Assembly (NCBI RefSeq): GCF_000143415.4
Contig: NW_003314300.1
Location: 1-39,719 of the forward strand
From: Selaginella moellendorffii
Taxonomy: Eukaryota > Plantae > Lycopodiophyta
DNA: 39,719 nt
Direction of reading: 5' to 3'
The notes under the pieces were generated by a model. The model made no database searches, was not told the DNA's origin, and saw only the letters and a list, made by a program, of their open reading frames with translations. Position 1 is the first letter of the stretch, and every line of letters begins with the position of its first letter. Made by a program: the position numbers and the translations under genes. Of this stretch, positions 1 through 12,505 are shown one piece after another.

Positions 1-707
1 GTCTAGGAGACGAATGCTTTGGGCTTCACCCCCTCAGACTTGAACTTGGACTCGGACTCGGACTCGAACTCAGACCTGGTCTTGGCCTTAGTCTCGGTCC
101 CGATCTCGGTCTCGGTCTCGGTCTCGACCTCGGACTCCATCTCGGGTCCTTCTCGGACTCCATCTCGGATTCCATCTTGGGTCCATCTCGGACTCCATCT
201 CGGACTCCGTCTCAGTCCATCTCGGACTCCATCTCGGATCCATCTCGGACTCCATCTCGGGTCCATCTCGGACTCCCTCTCGGGTCCATCTCGAACTCCA
301 TCTCGAGCTCCATCTCGGGTCCATCTCGGGTCCATCTCGAACTCCATCTTGAGTCCATCTTGGACTCTATCTCCATCTCGGACTCCATCTTGAACTCCAT
401 CTCGGTCCATCTCGGACTCCAACTTGGGTCCATCTCGGACTCCACTTTGGACTCCAACTTGGGTCCATCTCGGACACTTCCACGTGTCATGTGTTAGTCC
501 TTTTTGGGTTCCTTTTTGGAGCCTTGCTTATTGCTCGCTTCGTGCTCGTTCCTCGAGCACTTTGTTGGGAGTTCCACTCCCGCTCTTGACCTTTTAAGTT
601 GGAGCTTTTAGTCCAAACATGTTACGCTCGTTTGGCTTTCGCTTCGGCCACTACCATGTGGCACCCTTCTGGCTCCACTTTGGGGCCTAGGGATTTTGTG
701 TCTCACA
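1..707 (+). mobile_element. LTR fragment (3' part, truncated by window edge) of a gypsy-type retrotransposon; inverted copy of 3024-4015
   Basis: 1-707 aligns with the reverse complement of ~3024-4015. Homology ends just after ...GTGTCTCACA (707), a canonical LTR CA end. No PBS follows. Confidence 0.7.
36..475. repeat. Tandem microsatellite inside LTR (GGACTC hexamers, then 11/12-bp GGACTCCATCTC / GGGTCCATCTC units)
   Basis: Tandem units are directly visible. They generate the low-complexity MESEMDPRWSPRW ORFs. Confidence 0.95.
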
Positions 708-719
708 GTCAACTCTAAC

Positions 720-3023
720 CATTTCACTAGTTTGTAATGGTTTATAAAAACAAAATGGTTTTCGAGCAAAATAATCAATAGATTAACCATTGGAAAAGTC
801 TAGGAAAATTTGTGGAAAAAAAATTTTCATCCTAGAAAAAGAATGACTCTTAATCTAGGAATGCAAACTCTCTAGACTTAACTAACTTCCTCCTACCTAT
901 AACTTCACATAGGCTCACCTTAACACAAATTCTCATGACCCATAGTATGCTTAAGCACCCATATTTCTGATATCCAACACCGACATTCACAAAATGCAAA
1001 ATGAACATCCAAGGCTTGATCATGAAGACTATATCTTTGGACATCCATATTGCACTAACATTCTTTTTTAATCACCTACAAGATTCAATATGAAGCCAAA
1101 ACATTAACAAAAAAAATAACATGGAAAATTAAGTTTTAAGGAAAATTCCTTATCACTCAACTACAATGCCATTTCTACTAACACAAATGCTAGCAATGTC
1201 AATGCCTCAAACCTCACACCTTTTCCATCTGACAATCTACTCCAAATACTAACAGATAAACCGATAAGTTATAGTAAATGAATGTTATAACCCTTTTCCA
1301 ACAGCTCAATGGGAAAACTCAAGGAATCAAGGTACTGACTTAAGCTTAACATAATGGATCATCGTCGAGAATCAAGTTAAAGCTACTACAATACTATTAT
1401 ATGTAAATAGATTAACTTCTTTATTAACCATTTTGGGGTTGATCATCATTTAACTAAACAACTTTGTAAATGCATTCCTCATTATCACATAGATATGATA
1501 TAAAAAATCATAATGAATTGATCATCAATTGAGTAACACCATGAGTAGTGCTTATATCACTACTACAAAAGTCTATATGAGTATCAAACGCCAACTCTAT
1601 TCAACAAAATGCAACATAAATGCCCACTGATAGAGATTTACAATACTTAACACTTCTAACTTTTGTTCACAACTTGGATAAACTCATACCACTTTTTTTC
1701 TGACCAAATTCAAAACTAATCCAATACCAAACTACTCAAGAAGCAATAGCAAGGTTCTTCGGAAAAGAATTAAGCATTGCAACCCAAGTCTTCAATAGCA
1801 AGCCTAGACAAAATGGTTTAGCGCTCTACTGTTATCCATCCCACAACTCACCATTTGTAAAACTATTATTTTCCACATGCATCAAGATAAAGACTCTTGA
1901 TTGCATGATATGAACACAAACAATGAGATCACACATCATTACAAATCATCTCTCCGAGAAGAGAAAATGATTTACATGTTTGATCCTTCATCTCTGATAA
2001 CTCACTTTTTGATCTTATTTTTTACTAAACCTCAAACTTGTTTTCACATTACCTTCAGTCCAATCCAAGAAAAGTTTATGAGAGAGCACAGTAATGACTA
2101 TATGAACCAATAAACTAATCCCTACAATCTTGATTGATCCATTTATAATCATGCCTAAAAAAGATCCACTAGTGCCGTGCTAAATAGCTATGGATTAGTT
2201 TATTTGCCACTCATAGCAAACCCAAGGAAGATTTACTTTTACCCACGGTACATGGAACCACTGATATGCTAACATTAATCCTATTAACTCAAAGTGTAAC
2301 CTTGAGTTGCTAATGTGCCTCACTCATGAGCCCAAGCGCGAACTCATGCTAATGAAACATCTTACATCCATCTTATGAGCCTAAGCAAAAGCTCATACAA
2401 TCTAATATGAAAAGATAACTAAATTTCATACCCACGGAACAATTGCAAAGCCTTTACACTGAAACATATACCCACTCAGATCACCGTTTTTATCTCTGCG
2501 TATGCAACAAGACTAGTTACCTAATTTCATTGGATAGTACTCACCGAGACTCATCCTTTGATACCAAATGTAGCACATGTGGTTTTTACCCTTTATTCTA
2601 TGGTGTTTTACTATAGGATAACCACGAAACGGAACCTAAACACTCCATATGCCACATGCTCAAAGGACAATGGTGTCGAGTTTCAGGGCCTTGGACCACT
2701 GAATGAAGGAATAATGCCAAACTCCCAAGTATGGAGCCAAGGAGCAATGGTATTGGAACACGGAATGACTCCCAAGCATACAACCCAAGGAGCAAAAGGA
2801 TAAGAGCATAAAGAAACTTGGATCAGTTTTAGAGCAACTAACATCCTAATGCCAAGATCGACATGCAAAACAGAGCTAAATGGAGTTTAGCGCTATTTCA
2901 GCATACCAGTGGCCTAATGCAAGGATATGGGTACTCCACCAGCTAACATAGAATGGAACTTGGGCTTAGACCCAAGCCAAATGTAGAACAAGGACAGGCA
3001 TGCAAGCGAAAGCTAAATTATAC
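720..3023 (-). mobile_element. Older decayed LTR retrotransposon: partial 5' LTR (2569-3023), PBS and eroded internal region
   Basis: LTR-end/PBS junction at 2556-2570. The internal region has no intact ORF. Confidence 0.45.
2556..2566 (-). other. Primer-binding site (tRNA-iMet-like, TGGTATCAAAG) next to an LTR end at 2569
   Basis: Minus strand reads ...GTGCTACA-TT-TGGTATCAAAG, i.e. CA end, 2 nt, then a near match to TGGTATCAGAG. Confidence 0.6.
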
Positions 3024-5057
3024 TATGAGACACAAAATCCCTAAGCCCCAAAGTGGAGCTGAAAGGGTGCCATGTGGTAATGGCTAAAGCGAAAGCCAAA
3101 CAAATGTAACACATTTGGACTAAAAGCTCCGACTTGAAAGGTTGAGAGCGGGAGTGATACTCCCAACGAAGTGCTTGAGGAACAAGTGCAAAGCAAGCAA
3201 TAAGTGAGTCTTTAGAAAAGGGACACAAGAGGAACTGAGATGGAGTCCGAGATGGACCCAAGATGGAGTCCGAGATGGACCAAGATGGACCCAAGATGGA
3301 CCCGAGATGGAGTCTAAGATGGAGTCTGAGATGGACCCGAGATGGAATCCGAAATGGAGTCTTAGATGGAGTCCGAGATGGACTGAAATGGAGTCCAAGA
3401 TGGACCCGAGATGGAGTCTGAGATGGAGTCCGAGATGGACCTGAGATGGAGTCCGAGATGGAGTCCTAGATGGAGTCCGAGATGGACCAAGATGGAGTCC
3501 GAGATGGACCCGAGATGGAATCCGAGATGGAGTCCAAAATGGACCCGAGATGGACCCGAGATGGAGTTCAAGATGGACCCGAGATAGAGTTCGAGATGGA
3601 GTTCTAGATGGAGTCCGAGATGGACCCGAGATGGAATCCGAGATAAAGTCCAAGATGGACCCAAGATGGAGTCCAAGATGGACCCGAGATGGAGTCCGAG
3701 ATGGACCCGAGATGGAGTCCGAGATGGACCCGAGATGGAGTCCAAGATGGACCCGAGATGGAGTCCGAGATGGAGTCCAAGATGGACTCCGAGAAGGATC
3801 CGAGATGGAGTCCGAAGTCGAGACCAAGACCGTGACCAGGACTGAGACTGAGACCGAGGCCGAGGCAGAGCCCGAGTCCGAGTCCGAGCCCGAGCCCGAG
3901 TCCGAGTCTGAGTCCGAGTCCGAGTCCGAGTCCAAGTCTGAGTTTGAGTCCAAGTCTGAGTCCGAGTCCGAGTTCGAGTCTAAGGGGGTGAAAGCCCAAA
4001 GCATTCATCTCCCAAACCCTAGAGGTTTTAGTGAGCTCCAAAAGTATAGTAGGGGGAGGATTCCAGTGGAGTCAGTTTGGCCAGGAAAGGCCAGTTTATC
4101 CCAGAAAGGCTGTACCTAGGTGTTGGGTGATGGGATAACCACTAGGAAGTCCAAAGCTAGAGTGAATACAGACTGACAAGTGGGGTAGCTTGGTGAAGTG
4201 TTCAAGAGCCGACTCTAATTCCCCCGAGAGATCAAATGGTCAATGTTCCCAGTCCAAGTGTGAGTGGCACTACCTACTTGAATACCTGACGTGGCTCAAT
4301 GAAACCTCACTCTAAGCTCATGGCTAGAGCACCCAAAGGTGAAAGGCGGGGAGAGTAACCATGAGGCTCATATAAGGCCACGGTGTTCCGAAATGTTGTC
4401 CCAAAAGCCCAGACTGTGGAAAGGAAGAGGAGTAGTCCTTTGGTGTAGTGACCAAGGATACAATCAGGTGGTAAAGAGGTCCCAAAGGACCATGGGACTT
4501 AGTGGTCGGGCCTGTGGACCTCAATCCAATGGTAGTGTTGGCAAACACGGCCATGGGCAGAAAGGGACTTGGTAGGGACCGGAAAATGGATATTGGGGAA
4601 TGTTATTCCTTATGTTTATGGGCATCTTAAGGATGCAAAGGAGTGAATCTAGGATGATCACTCATGGATGGATGGCCTAGTCTTTGAAAGACGAGATTGC
4701 GATGTAGGTGGTGTCAGACCACCGGTGTGACCAAGGTGAATGGGCATAGCCTTAACATAACGGGCTGATATATCAGTGGTACCTTGGGGTGTCAGTCATG
4801 GGATTGGACACGTGGAGCACTTAGATCAAGCACAATGGTTGAGTGGCACAGATGCCATTTTTGGGGCTAGCAAGTCCCTAAGTCCAAAATAGGACTTACG
4901 GAGGTTGTGAATGATACTCTTCTAAGTGGTCGGAAGTGTGGTTAAATGACTAAAGTAAAATGGAAAATTTAGTCACTTATATATACCTCAAGTTAGTCGG
5001 CCATGCCCAACCTACCCACTATCTCTACTATACATTTTGAACCCCCCATAACCACCA
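3024..5057 (-). mobile_element. ~2-kb 3' LTR of a minus-strand gypsy element
   Basis: Preceded on the minus strand by a polypurine tract at 5059-5074. Ends ...TCTCATA (3024), where homology with 1-707 stops. The start coordinate is approximate. Confidence 0.65.
3238..3980. repeat. Tandem microsatellite inside LTR (GAGATGGAGTCC / GAGATGGACCC units, then GAGTCC hexamers)
   Basis: Directly visible; longer array than in the copy at 36-475. Confidence 0.95.
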
Positions 5058-5058
5058 A

Positions 5059-5074
5059 CCCCCCCCCCCCCCTT
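5059..5074 (-). other. Polypurine tract (AA-G14 on the minus strand)
   Basis: Plus strand shows a C14 run followed by TTCAGGAA, immediately outside the LTR. Confidence 0.6.
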
Positions 5075-8000
5075 CAGGAACACACACTTTGGGCTTTCAC
5101 CCAAAGCCTCCCACTAAATATGGAATGTTCTTAGATTGCGAATTTGAACATGGGATGAACACCATTGTGTTCAAGACAATCTCTACATTCCATAGATATG
5201 CCAGATGAGCAAATTTAGACACTTTCCATAAATAGCATTTGGGACTGGAATAAGACTAACACAAATAGCATGATAGCAAAGGTGTTTGGTAGACACAGTA
5301 AACTATCATGTAGTGAATATTAAAGGACCAAGCTCAACATCGCAAAGGTTCCCAACATTAGCAAGTGCAAGTTAACGAATAAGTTTCTTTAACCAGGTCA
5401 AGTATTCTTAACTAATAGCACTTAGGAATTTCGTCCTTATGCTCATTTGGTCAAGTGCACACATAAAGATTAATTTCTCAATTAGCTTAGGTGAAGACTA
5501 ATAAAGGATCCAGCAATACCGACCTCCTACTATCGTGGTAGTAAGGAAAAAATATCTAAAACAACTAGCCGACAAGTAACTTTCAATACTTGTAGTCACA
5601 TTTGCAACACCAATGACAAGTACATTTCATGCTTGAAAGAAAAAGAGAAAACAAAGCATCATTAATAGCCTACAAAAAAGAGGAAAGAAAGGCCATGAAA
5701 CTCAAAAGAGCCAAAAAGAAAGGGGTTCAATATATAGTAGTTATAAAGAAAATATTTGAGTGTCAAATTACAAAATAGTTGATAAAATTAAAAAAAAAAA
5801 AAGTTATGAAGGAAGTAATAGATTAAAGAAGTAACACTAGCAAAAGTTTATTAAAAGTCCATGATCAATGAAAAATAAATATGCTTATATTCCAAACCGT
5901 CACCATGCCCTAGTAAGTTTATAGCACTAAAGGGTTGAGACTCAAACCCAACTTTTATATATGCATCTATAGATGGTATTATCCAAGATGCTTGGTGTGA
6001 CTCCCCACACCAATGCACTAATTTATATTTAATGTGCACTATGGATCACAACTTAGAAACTTAGTTCCTTTGAACTTCCAAGTCCTTTCACTTGACAAGC
6101 TTATGATTATGCATGTACTCTTCCATGCTTGGCCCTATGGGTCACCCTTTTTGAAGTTAATACTTTCAACTAAGATCTTATTCCTTTGACTTACCAATCT
6201 CACTTAGCAAGTCACCTGATTAGTATAACATAATTCTATGCATAAGTGTGAAAGTCTTTAAACATCAACTTACATTCAAAAATATCTCTTTGAACACTCA
6301 AGAACTAATTCCCCAATCTTGATAATGTTGTCTTATAGCAAACTTCAAGACCACACTTTTGTTGCACCACTCTGATTTCATGCATTCTTATGAACCATTT
6401 AAACTTGTCTTTCTAAATATTAACTTACTAAGAATTATCTTTGGAAATCTTGAAAGGACTCTGTCCCTTAGCTTGCTAAAGTTTTTCCTTTCGCAAGCTT
6501 TCTAATTACTATATGATCTAAAATGGACAAATTCTATACTTTAGAATTTCTATAGCAATATAATTGTTAATAATAACATTTTCGAGCACCCACTTGATTC
6601 TCCACTCCAACTTGCATAACTACCCTCAACTATGCCTTTTGATTTCTATAGTTTGATTCTCTCCTTTTATTACTTTCTTTTTCGCCTTATACATTCCTTT
6701 TAGTTATTCTCTTCTAGGCTAAGAGGGTAACTTTGCACTTTCTACCATGCCTTAACATATATTCTTAAGGATGAATCTACTCATTAGTCTAGGGAGTGGT
6801 TATTCAATCTTGATATGCTCACCTTAACCTTCTGGAAGCCCTAGATTCCAATTTACGGCGGGAGATCACGAATATTTGCAAAGATTTATATTGTCGTCTC
6901 CAACTTTCGTCAACCTTGGAAATTGGATAGCATCTTTTATCCTTTTTTTTTTAGAGACTTAATCTGATGGGTCTTATCTAATGCCTCCATAATATCTCAA
7001 CACCACCTCTTTGGTGTTTTAAGGTGTTTATATGTTTCAATTATGCATTTCCCAAACAATGAACATTTCTTATTATAACACTGACCCATTATAATGCAAC
7101 ACAAGCAATTTATTCCCCAAGAGATATATCTAACCTCTTCCTTGCTCAACCAAAAAGTCTCAAGAAGTTAATTCTAACAAATTATTCCAAACCTTTGCTT
7201 AGTTGTTTCATAGTTATCATATTCTACAACTCATTGTTGATGCTTCTACACATCCATCAATATTTGGTTAAAGCACTTAAATTGCATGTCTTCCATCTTA
7301 AACTATGCCAATCCCATTTTCATTAACATTCCTTTATTAAGGGGTTCTTATAAACCAACCAACTTCACCTCAAAACATCACATATTGGAATATTTAGTGT
7401 CTCCACACCATCAATTCTATGAACTTACCCTCATGATACGTCCCACTTGTGTCTAAGTTTTTCCTAAAACAATAGTAATAATTTTTTATGTTAACTATTA
7501 GTTAGTATACAATATAGTGTTCATCCACAACTCCTCACTAAAATTACTTTCTTCAATAAACATTTTTTCATGATTTTAGTATGGCACATTCTACCATCAA
7601 TGAAATACCCACTATTCTTATATTTAAATTTCAAGATCCTCCCAATTCTCCAACACACTTCTATCCAAACAGAGTTCCTCCAAGCTTTTAGGACTATCCC
7701 TAAGTTATCTAGTTTTTAGACTTTGTTAATTCAACATTCTATAAAGTTGTAGCCTCTTTGCTACTTTTGAGGTGCCACCACACTTCAATACAACTTTTTG
7801 TATTAACATTCTATTCATAAAGACCATCTTTATAAGTGTTACTCTGACACTTGATTATCCTTTATTTTACATAGGTTACATTTGCCCATTGGAACTATCC
7901 TTCCATATAAAAAGAACACCAACTCATTCTTTGAGTACACCTCTGAAATTCCTTGGGTTGTTCTGATTTTTATTAAACGTAGCCCCAACTACCATTTCAA

Positions 8001-8300
8001 GGACATATGTCTTTATTCATATTTGACTTTTTACAATTACTAACCTTTCATGGTTATTAATTCTAGTTTCAAATTCATAAGCACCATCTTTAACCACATG
8101 AGGATAATCTATCGACTCCTTTATTGTCCAGAGTCTCTATCTTTCTTATGATCCCAATTATAATTGTTTATCACAACTATATTAGCCAATTTGCTAAGTC
8201 AAACATTTATATAAATCACACCCTCAACTTTCTAAGAAAAACTTTCTATTATTTCCAAAATCCTAAAGTCATTCCTTTATTAGCCATTTTCTATCCTCTA
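5075..8300 (-). mobile_element. Highly decayed gypsy (possibly chromovirus) internal/pol region
   Basis: Minus-strand remnants in the expected order: RNase H-like YLLGNK (~7109-7126), then chromodomain-like KYKLVHWCGESHQASW (ORF 5851-6039), then PPT and LTR. Many stops; the right boundary is uncertain. Confidence 0.5.
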
Positions 8301-8474
8301 CATTACTTACACATTCACATATGAACTCAAATGGAAAGTCATGCCCTCTTGACATACTACTCCTTAAGAGAATAGACCCACTCTTAGGACACTTTGATGC
8401 TAATATCAAGTGGTGATATATTTGACCACCAATAAAAGTTAAACTAAAGAATAGCTTCAATACCAAGTTGTAAA

Positions 8475-8771
8475 TGACTAAATTTTCCATTCTACTTTAG
8501 TCACTTTACCACACCTTTAACCATTTGAAGTCTCATTCATAACCTCCATAAGTTTTATTCCTAACTTGGGAACATGCTAACCCCATGAATAGCATCTATG
8601 CCATTCAACCTTTGTACTTGTTCCAAGTGCTCCATATATCTGATCCCATGATAAATACCTCAAAGGTATTATTGGAATTTCAACCTATTACTCTAAGGCC
8701 ATATCCATTTACTCTTGCCTCACTAGTAGTCCAAAACCACCTATACTATAATCCCTTCTCCCAAAGACTAG
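8475..8771 (+). mobile_element. Older, diverged LTR fragment of the same family (inverted homolog of ~4677-4975)
   Basis: TGACTAAATTTTCCATTCTACTTTAGTCA...CAAAGACTAG aligns with the reverse complement of 4677-4975, with many transitions. Confidence 0.75.
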
Positions 8772-8929
8772 AAAGTGTTATATATACTTCCTTATAATTA
8801 CACTAATGATTTTAGGATTGTGGAAAATGGTAACAATGAACAAATGAGATTATCAACCATTCCATGGGAATTGCCTAGAAAATGATTAATGAAAAAGGAT
8901 AAATCATAATATTCTATATGGACAAAAAG

Positions 8930-9516
8930 TCAACACTGGTATATAAAGAATTCCAAAAGTATGCACTTAATATTCATATAATTTTCAATGACTATCCATT
9001 TGGATATAATTGATGACTTGGGAAAGATAAAGGTTTGTGTAATATTAATCATCTAGGAAAATTACCATTTTAATTTTTGCAGAAAATCAACTCTAAAAAT
9101 AAAGCTAGTAAAACCAAAAAAAGTTGAACCATGGTTTACCGCTACTACATTTAACAAATGGGACCTCAATAATGATTTCTTCAAGTTCACAAAAATATTT
9201 TACCACTATATAACAATGACGCAAACTTGATTAGGAGGGTATATAATTCTTTGACTTCTTAATGCATTGTACCACACTGAACAAAGGTGTCATTTTGGAT
9301 CTATTTGCAAGAATAGGAAACTCACTTGTGGTAGCAGGGACAAACAAATGCTACCTTTTGTCTTTAGAAGAAAACCCTAAAATTCTAATAATCTCAAACA
9401 AGAAAAGGAAGAGTTAGTAGTTAAGATGAAGAAGGGTAAAGGTAAAGAACCAATTTTTGAACTTTTAGGTGACTCTGATGAAGAAGTTTAAATTCAAAAT
9501 TCTGAAGATGATTAAT
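8930..9516 (+). pseudogene. Decayed beta-class N4/N6 DNA methyltransferase-like gene
   Basis: IHIIFNDYPFGYN at 8972-9010 (motif IV-like). FFDFLMHCTTLNKGVILDLFARIGNSLVVAGTNKCYLLSLEENP from 9247 (motif I FxGxG with GGA>AGA, plus motif II acidic residue). Acidic tail ends ~9516. Stops and frameshifts present. Confidence 0.55.
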
Positions 9517-10639
9517 AGATTTTAAATAAGTAAGTTTTGACATAATTATCACTTATTTAAATTTAACTATATCTTTACTTAGTTTTATATGAATGTCTTT
9601 AATATACTCTCATTTCTTACATAATTTCTAAACTTCTGAAATGGAATTATATAAAAAAGAAAACATATGATAACTTGATAAAATAGAAAACATATAACAC
9701 TAAAAAATTAAAACATTGGACTCCATCTCATGGTTGTCGGTTTCTTCTTTAGAAACATTGTCGTCTTCATCATCTCAGTTATCAGACACATCACTATCAC
9801 TATTTGCAAAAAAAGACTTCACCCCATCTTTAGCTAGATGAGTTTTCTTGGGTGGGGAGGAGAAATTAGAGTGGAAGTTAGAGTGTTAAACTTTGGTATT
9901 AGATTATAATGGATTTTAGTGATGAAATTGGAGAGAAAATAAGTATGGGCCATGTAGTCCCATCATCATCCTCAAAATGTAATATGGGCCTATTTCACCT
10001 AAATTCTCTATCAACATCTCTAGGCCTTGCTACTCTCATTTCTACAAGGATAAAATATAAGAGCCTAAAGATGTTGATAGAGAATCTAGATAAGAGACAA
10101 GGCAATATTTTGGCAGTGGCTAAGAATTTGGACGACCATATAAAGAATGTGGAAAAACTTTGGTGGATCACTTGATAAATCTAACCTTAATGAAAGACTA
10201 AAAACTTCATTCATTTAAAGTTCCTCTTCCAAATTTAAGAAACATTTGAAATCTATCAAGTCAAATTTTAAAAAACATTAGAGTTTGATATTTGAATCTA
10301 ACTCTACAAAAACCAAATAATATGCAATAAATTTATCATGGTCAAAATATAATACGGTGAAACTTTTTCAGGTAAAAATTAATTTACTTGATTTCACATT
10401 ATATTAAAATATATTATTTTATTTATATTAATAAAAATGATAAAACTCCATATTAATTTACAATACAAAATAAAAATTCTAATAAGTCAAATAAAATTCA
10501 GAATATCAGAATCTTAAAAGGTATATTCTAGGTCTATTTAAGAACATATCCGATCTACCAGGCTTAAACCTTAAGATAAACATCCCCGAAGTTTTCATCT
10601 CTGTCCAGCTTCGTTTTTAGTTTTGTTGTTTTCATCTGT

Positions 10640-11300
10640 CAAGGTGCCACCTGTTCAGTGAGCCATTCAGGTGAGAAGTCTTCATTAAGCTGTTTCTTAA
10701 GCAAATCTCCATGGAGTGAAACGTGAGTGTCACTTACCCTTTTGTAGAGCCTTTGAAAGCATTGAAGTGGATCAAGCAAAAAGCTTGTACTCAAGGTTTT
10801 CATAGATTCTTATCCTCTTGCTTCTCTTTTTTTCACTCCTGCAGGCTCCTGAGCTACAAGATCTTTTCTTTTCTAAAGATAGAGCTTTGTGTAAGAAGTT
10901 TTCTCAAGTTTTTTTGCAGAAGAGTTCTTATTCGCTTCTTTTGGTTTGCGCTAGGACGTGTTTGCTGCTGAGGGAAATGCCATATCTACTGGATGGAACT
11001 GGATGAGGTCGTGCTACGGAACAAGATCATTCTCGAGCTACTACTCACGCTCCCAAGGTTTGTTTCTCAATTTGAGTCGTTTTCTTATGCTATTTCATCA
11101 ACGTTTCCTTTTCTTTTAGATTGTTGTAGAGGAAGCACGGCTTTCATTAGTATTCAAAGCCTTTAAATCAACACGTAATTCACTTTGATCTATTGAGGTG
11201 CAATCTTTTTCCGAATGGCAGGCAAAGTTACAGCTCTTGAACGACCTCGAGATGGTGGAGATGAAGATCGTGACAATTAGAGCTTGCTGGAATAGGTAGC
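10640..11300 (+). pseudogene. Unidentified intron-containing gene fragment
   Basis: Several GT..AG short-intron patterns (e.g. CTGCAG|GCTCCT at ~10844, TTTGT|GTAAG at ~10890), but no stop-free model and no recognised family. Confidence 0.2.
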
Positions 11301-11469
11301 ACTTGATCAAATCTTCCTTTCCTCTTTGTTTCACCTGTGTAATTCTCACCTTCTGGAAAGGAATTGGCAGATAAAGTTCTAACGAAATGATTAGCTACAA
11401 ACTAATCTTGATCTAAGCTCTGTTGGAAATTTGAATTTCCCGCCCTTCGCCAAAAGCCCTAGTCCTACG

Positions 11470-12321
11470 ATGAGGAGCTTTGGGATTAACAAGCCAAGCG
11501 CCGGCGAGCTCGCGTCACTCTGCGGATCATACGACAGGTTTGAGCGCCAAGTCCCTCGCGGCGGCGATCCCAGGCGGCTGGATCTTTTGCGCTCCCGGCC
11601 GCTGCCGCCGCCGCCGCCGCAGAGCCAGCAGCAATCCTTCTCGTCCTCGCAATCCTGGCGAGAATCTCAGGTCACGGCCAGGGATCTGGTCCCTCGGCCA
11701 CTCCCAATCTGTAGCCGATCGGACGATGTGATCGAGGAACGGCTGGCTGCTCTGGAAAATCTCGTGGCCGGGGTTGCGGAGAGCGTCAGCTCCATGCGAA
11801 AGTCTCTGGACGATCAAAATCGCGAGGTCTCTTTCATGGTGCGTTCTTTCTTTTTTTTGTCCTGTTCTCTTTATCTAATGTTTTTTTTCCTCTTGTGAAT
11901 GGAAGTTGAAAGAGGAGGAAGGCACCATCAAACGAGTGCTCGATCAGATCCAAGCTGTGCCCGCGAAGCTGTCCGGGGATCTCAAAGCAGCACTCCGAGA
12001 GGAAATCAAGCAAGCGCTCTTGGAGTCGGACGAAAAAACTGTGAGCCAATGCATCCCGTCAAAGGATCCGAGAGACAAGACTCCGTCAAGTGTGGAAACA
12101 AAGGAGAAGAAAGGATCGAATAGCAAGAGGAAGTCAGCAAGTGCGGAGGAGCAACGATCTGACGGTAAGACTCTGCTTTTCTTTTTCGTCTTAGCTTTAT
12201 CAGATTCTCGTACTTTGCAGATTCCACGACCTTGGATCTCTATTCCCCAAGCGCAAAGGAGCTCAAGAAAATGCGAGACAAGGTCCTCAGAGCTCGGAGG
12301 AGCATTAAGAAACGAGTTTGA
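11470..12321 (+). CDS. PRD3: PRD3/PAIR1-like meiotic recombination initiation protein (coiled coil), 3 exons, ~242 aa
   Basis: Exons 11470-11838, 11906-12164 and 12221-12321 splice in frame. N-terminal INKPSAGELASL, QSQQQSFSS, RESQV, coiled coil IEERLAALE and basic C-terminus KVLRARRSIKKR follow the order of motifs recalled from Arabidopsis PRD3. Confidence 0.65.
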
Positions 12322-12505
12322 CGAGATCCTGGTACGAAGAAACTTTTTCTGTTTAAATAAAACAGTAATGTGATTTTCCAGGAAGTGAACGAGAACAAAT
12401 CGGCGAGGTGGAAACTATAATGAATCGATCAGGAAACTATGAGATGAGCTACGGGACGTCGTCCTTCCGAGCCACATCTTCAAATTCCTGGCCGAAGTTG
12501 CTCCG

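Noticed and set aside
3238-3980. CRISPR-like array
   Set aside because: Contiguous short tandem units with no unique spacers; eukaryotic context.
3-4119. Long ORFs of MESEMDPRWSPRWTRDG / SRTPSRVHLGLHLG type
   Set aside because: Artefacts of a stop-poor microsatellite, open in several frames on both strands.
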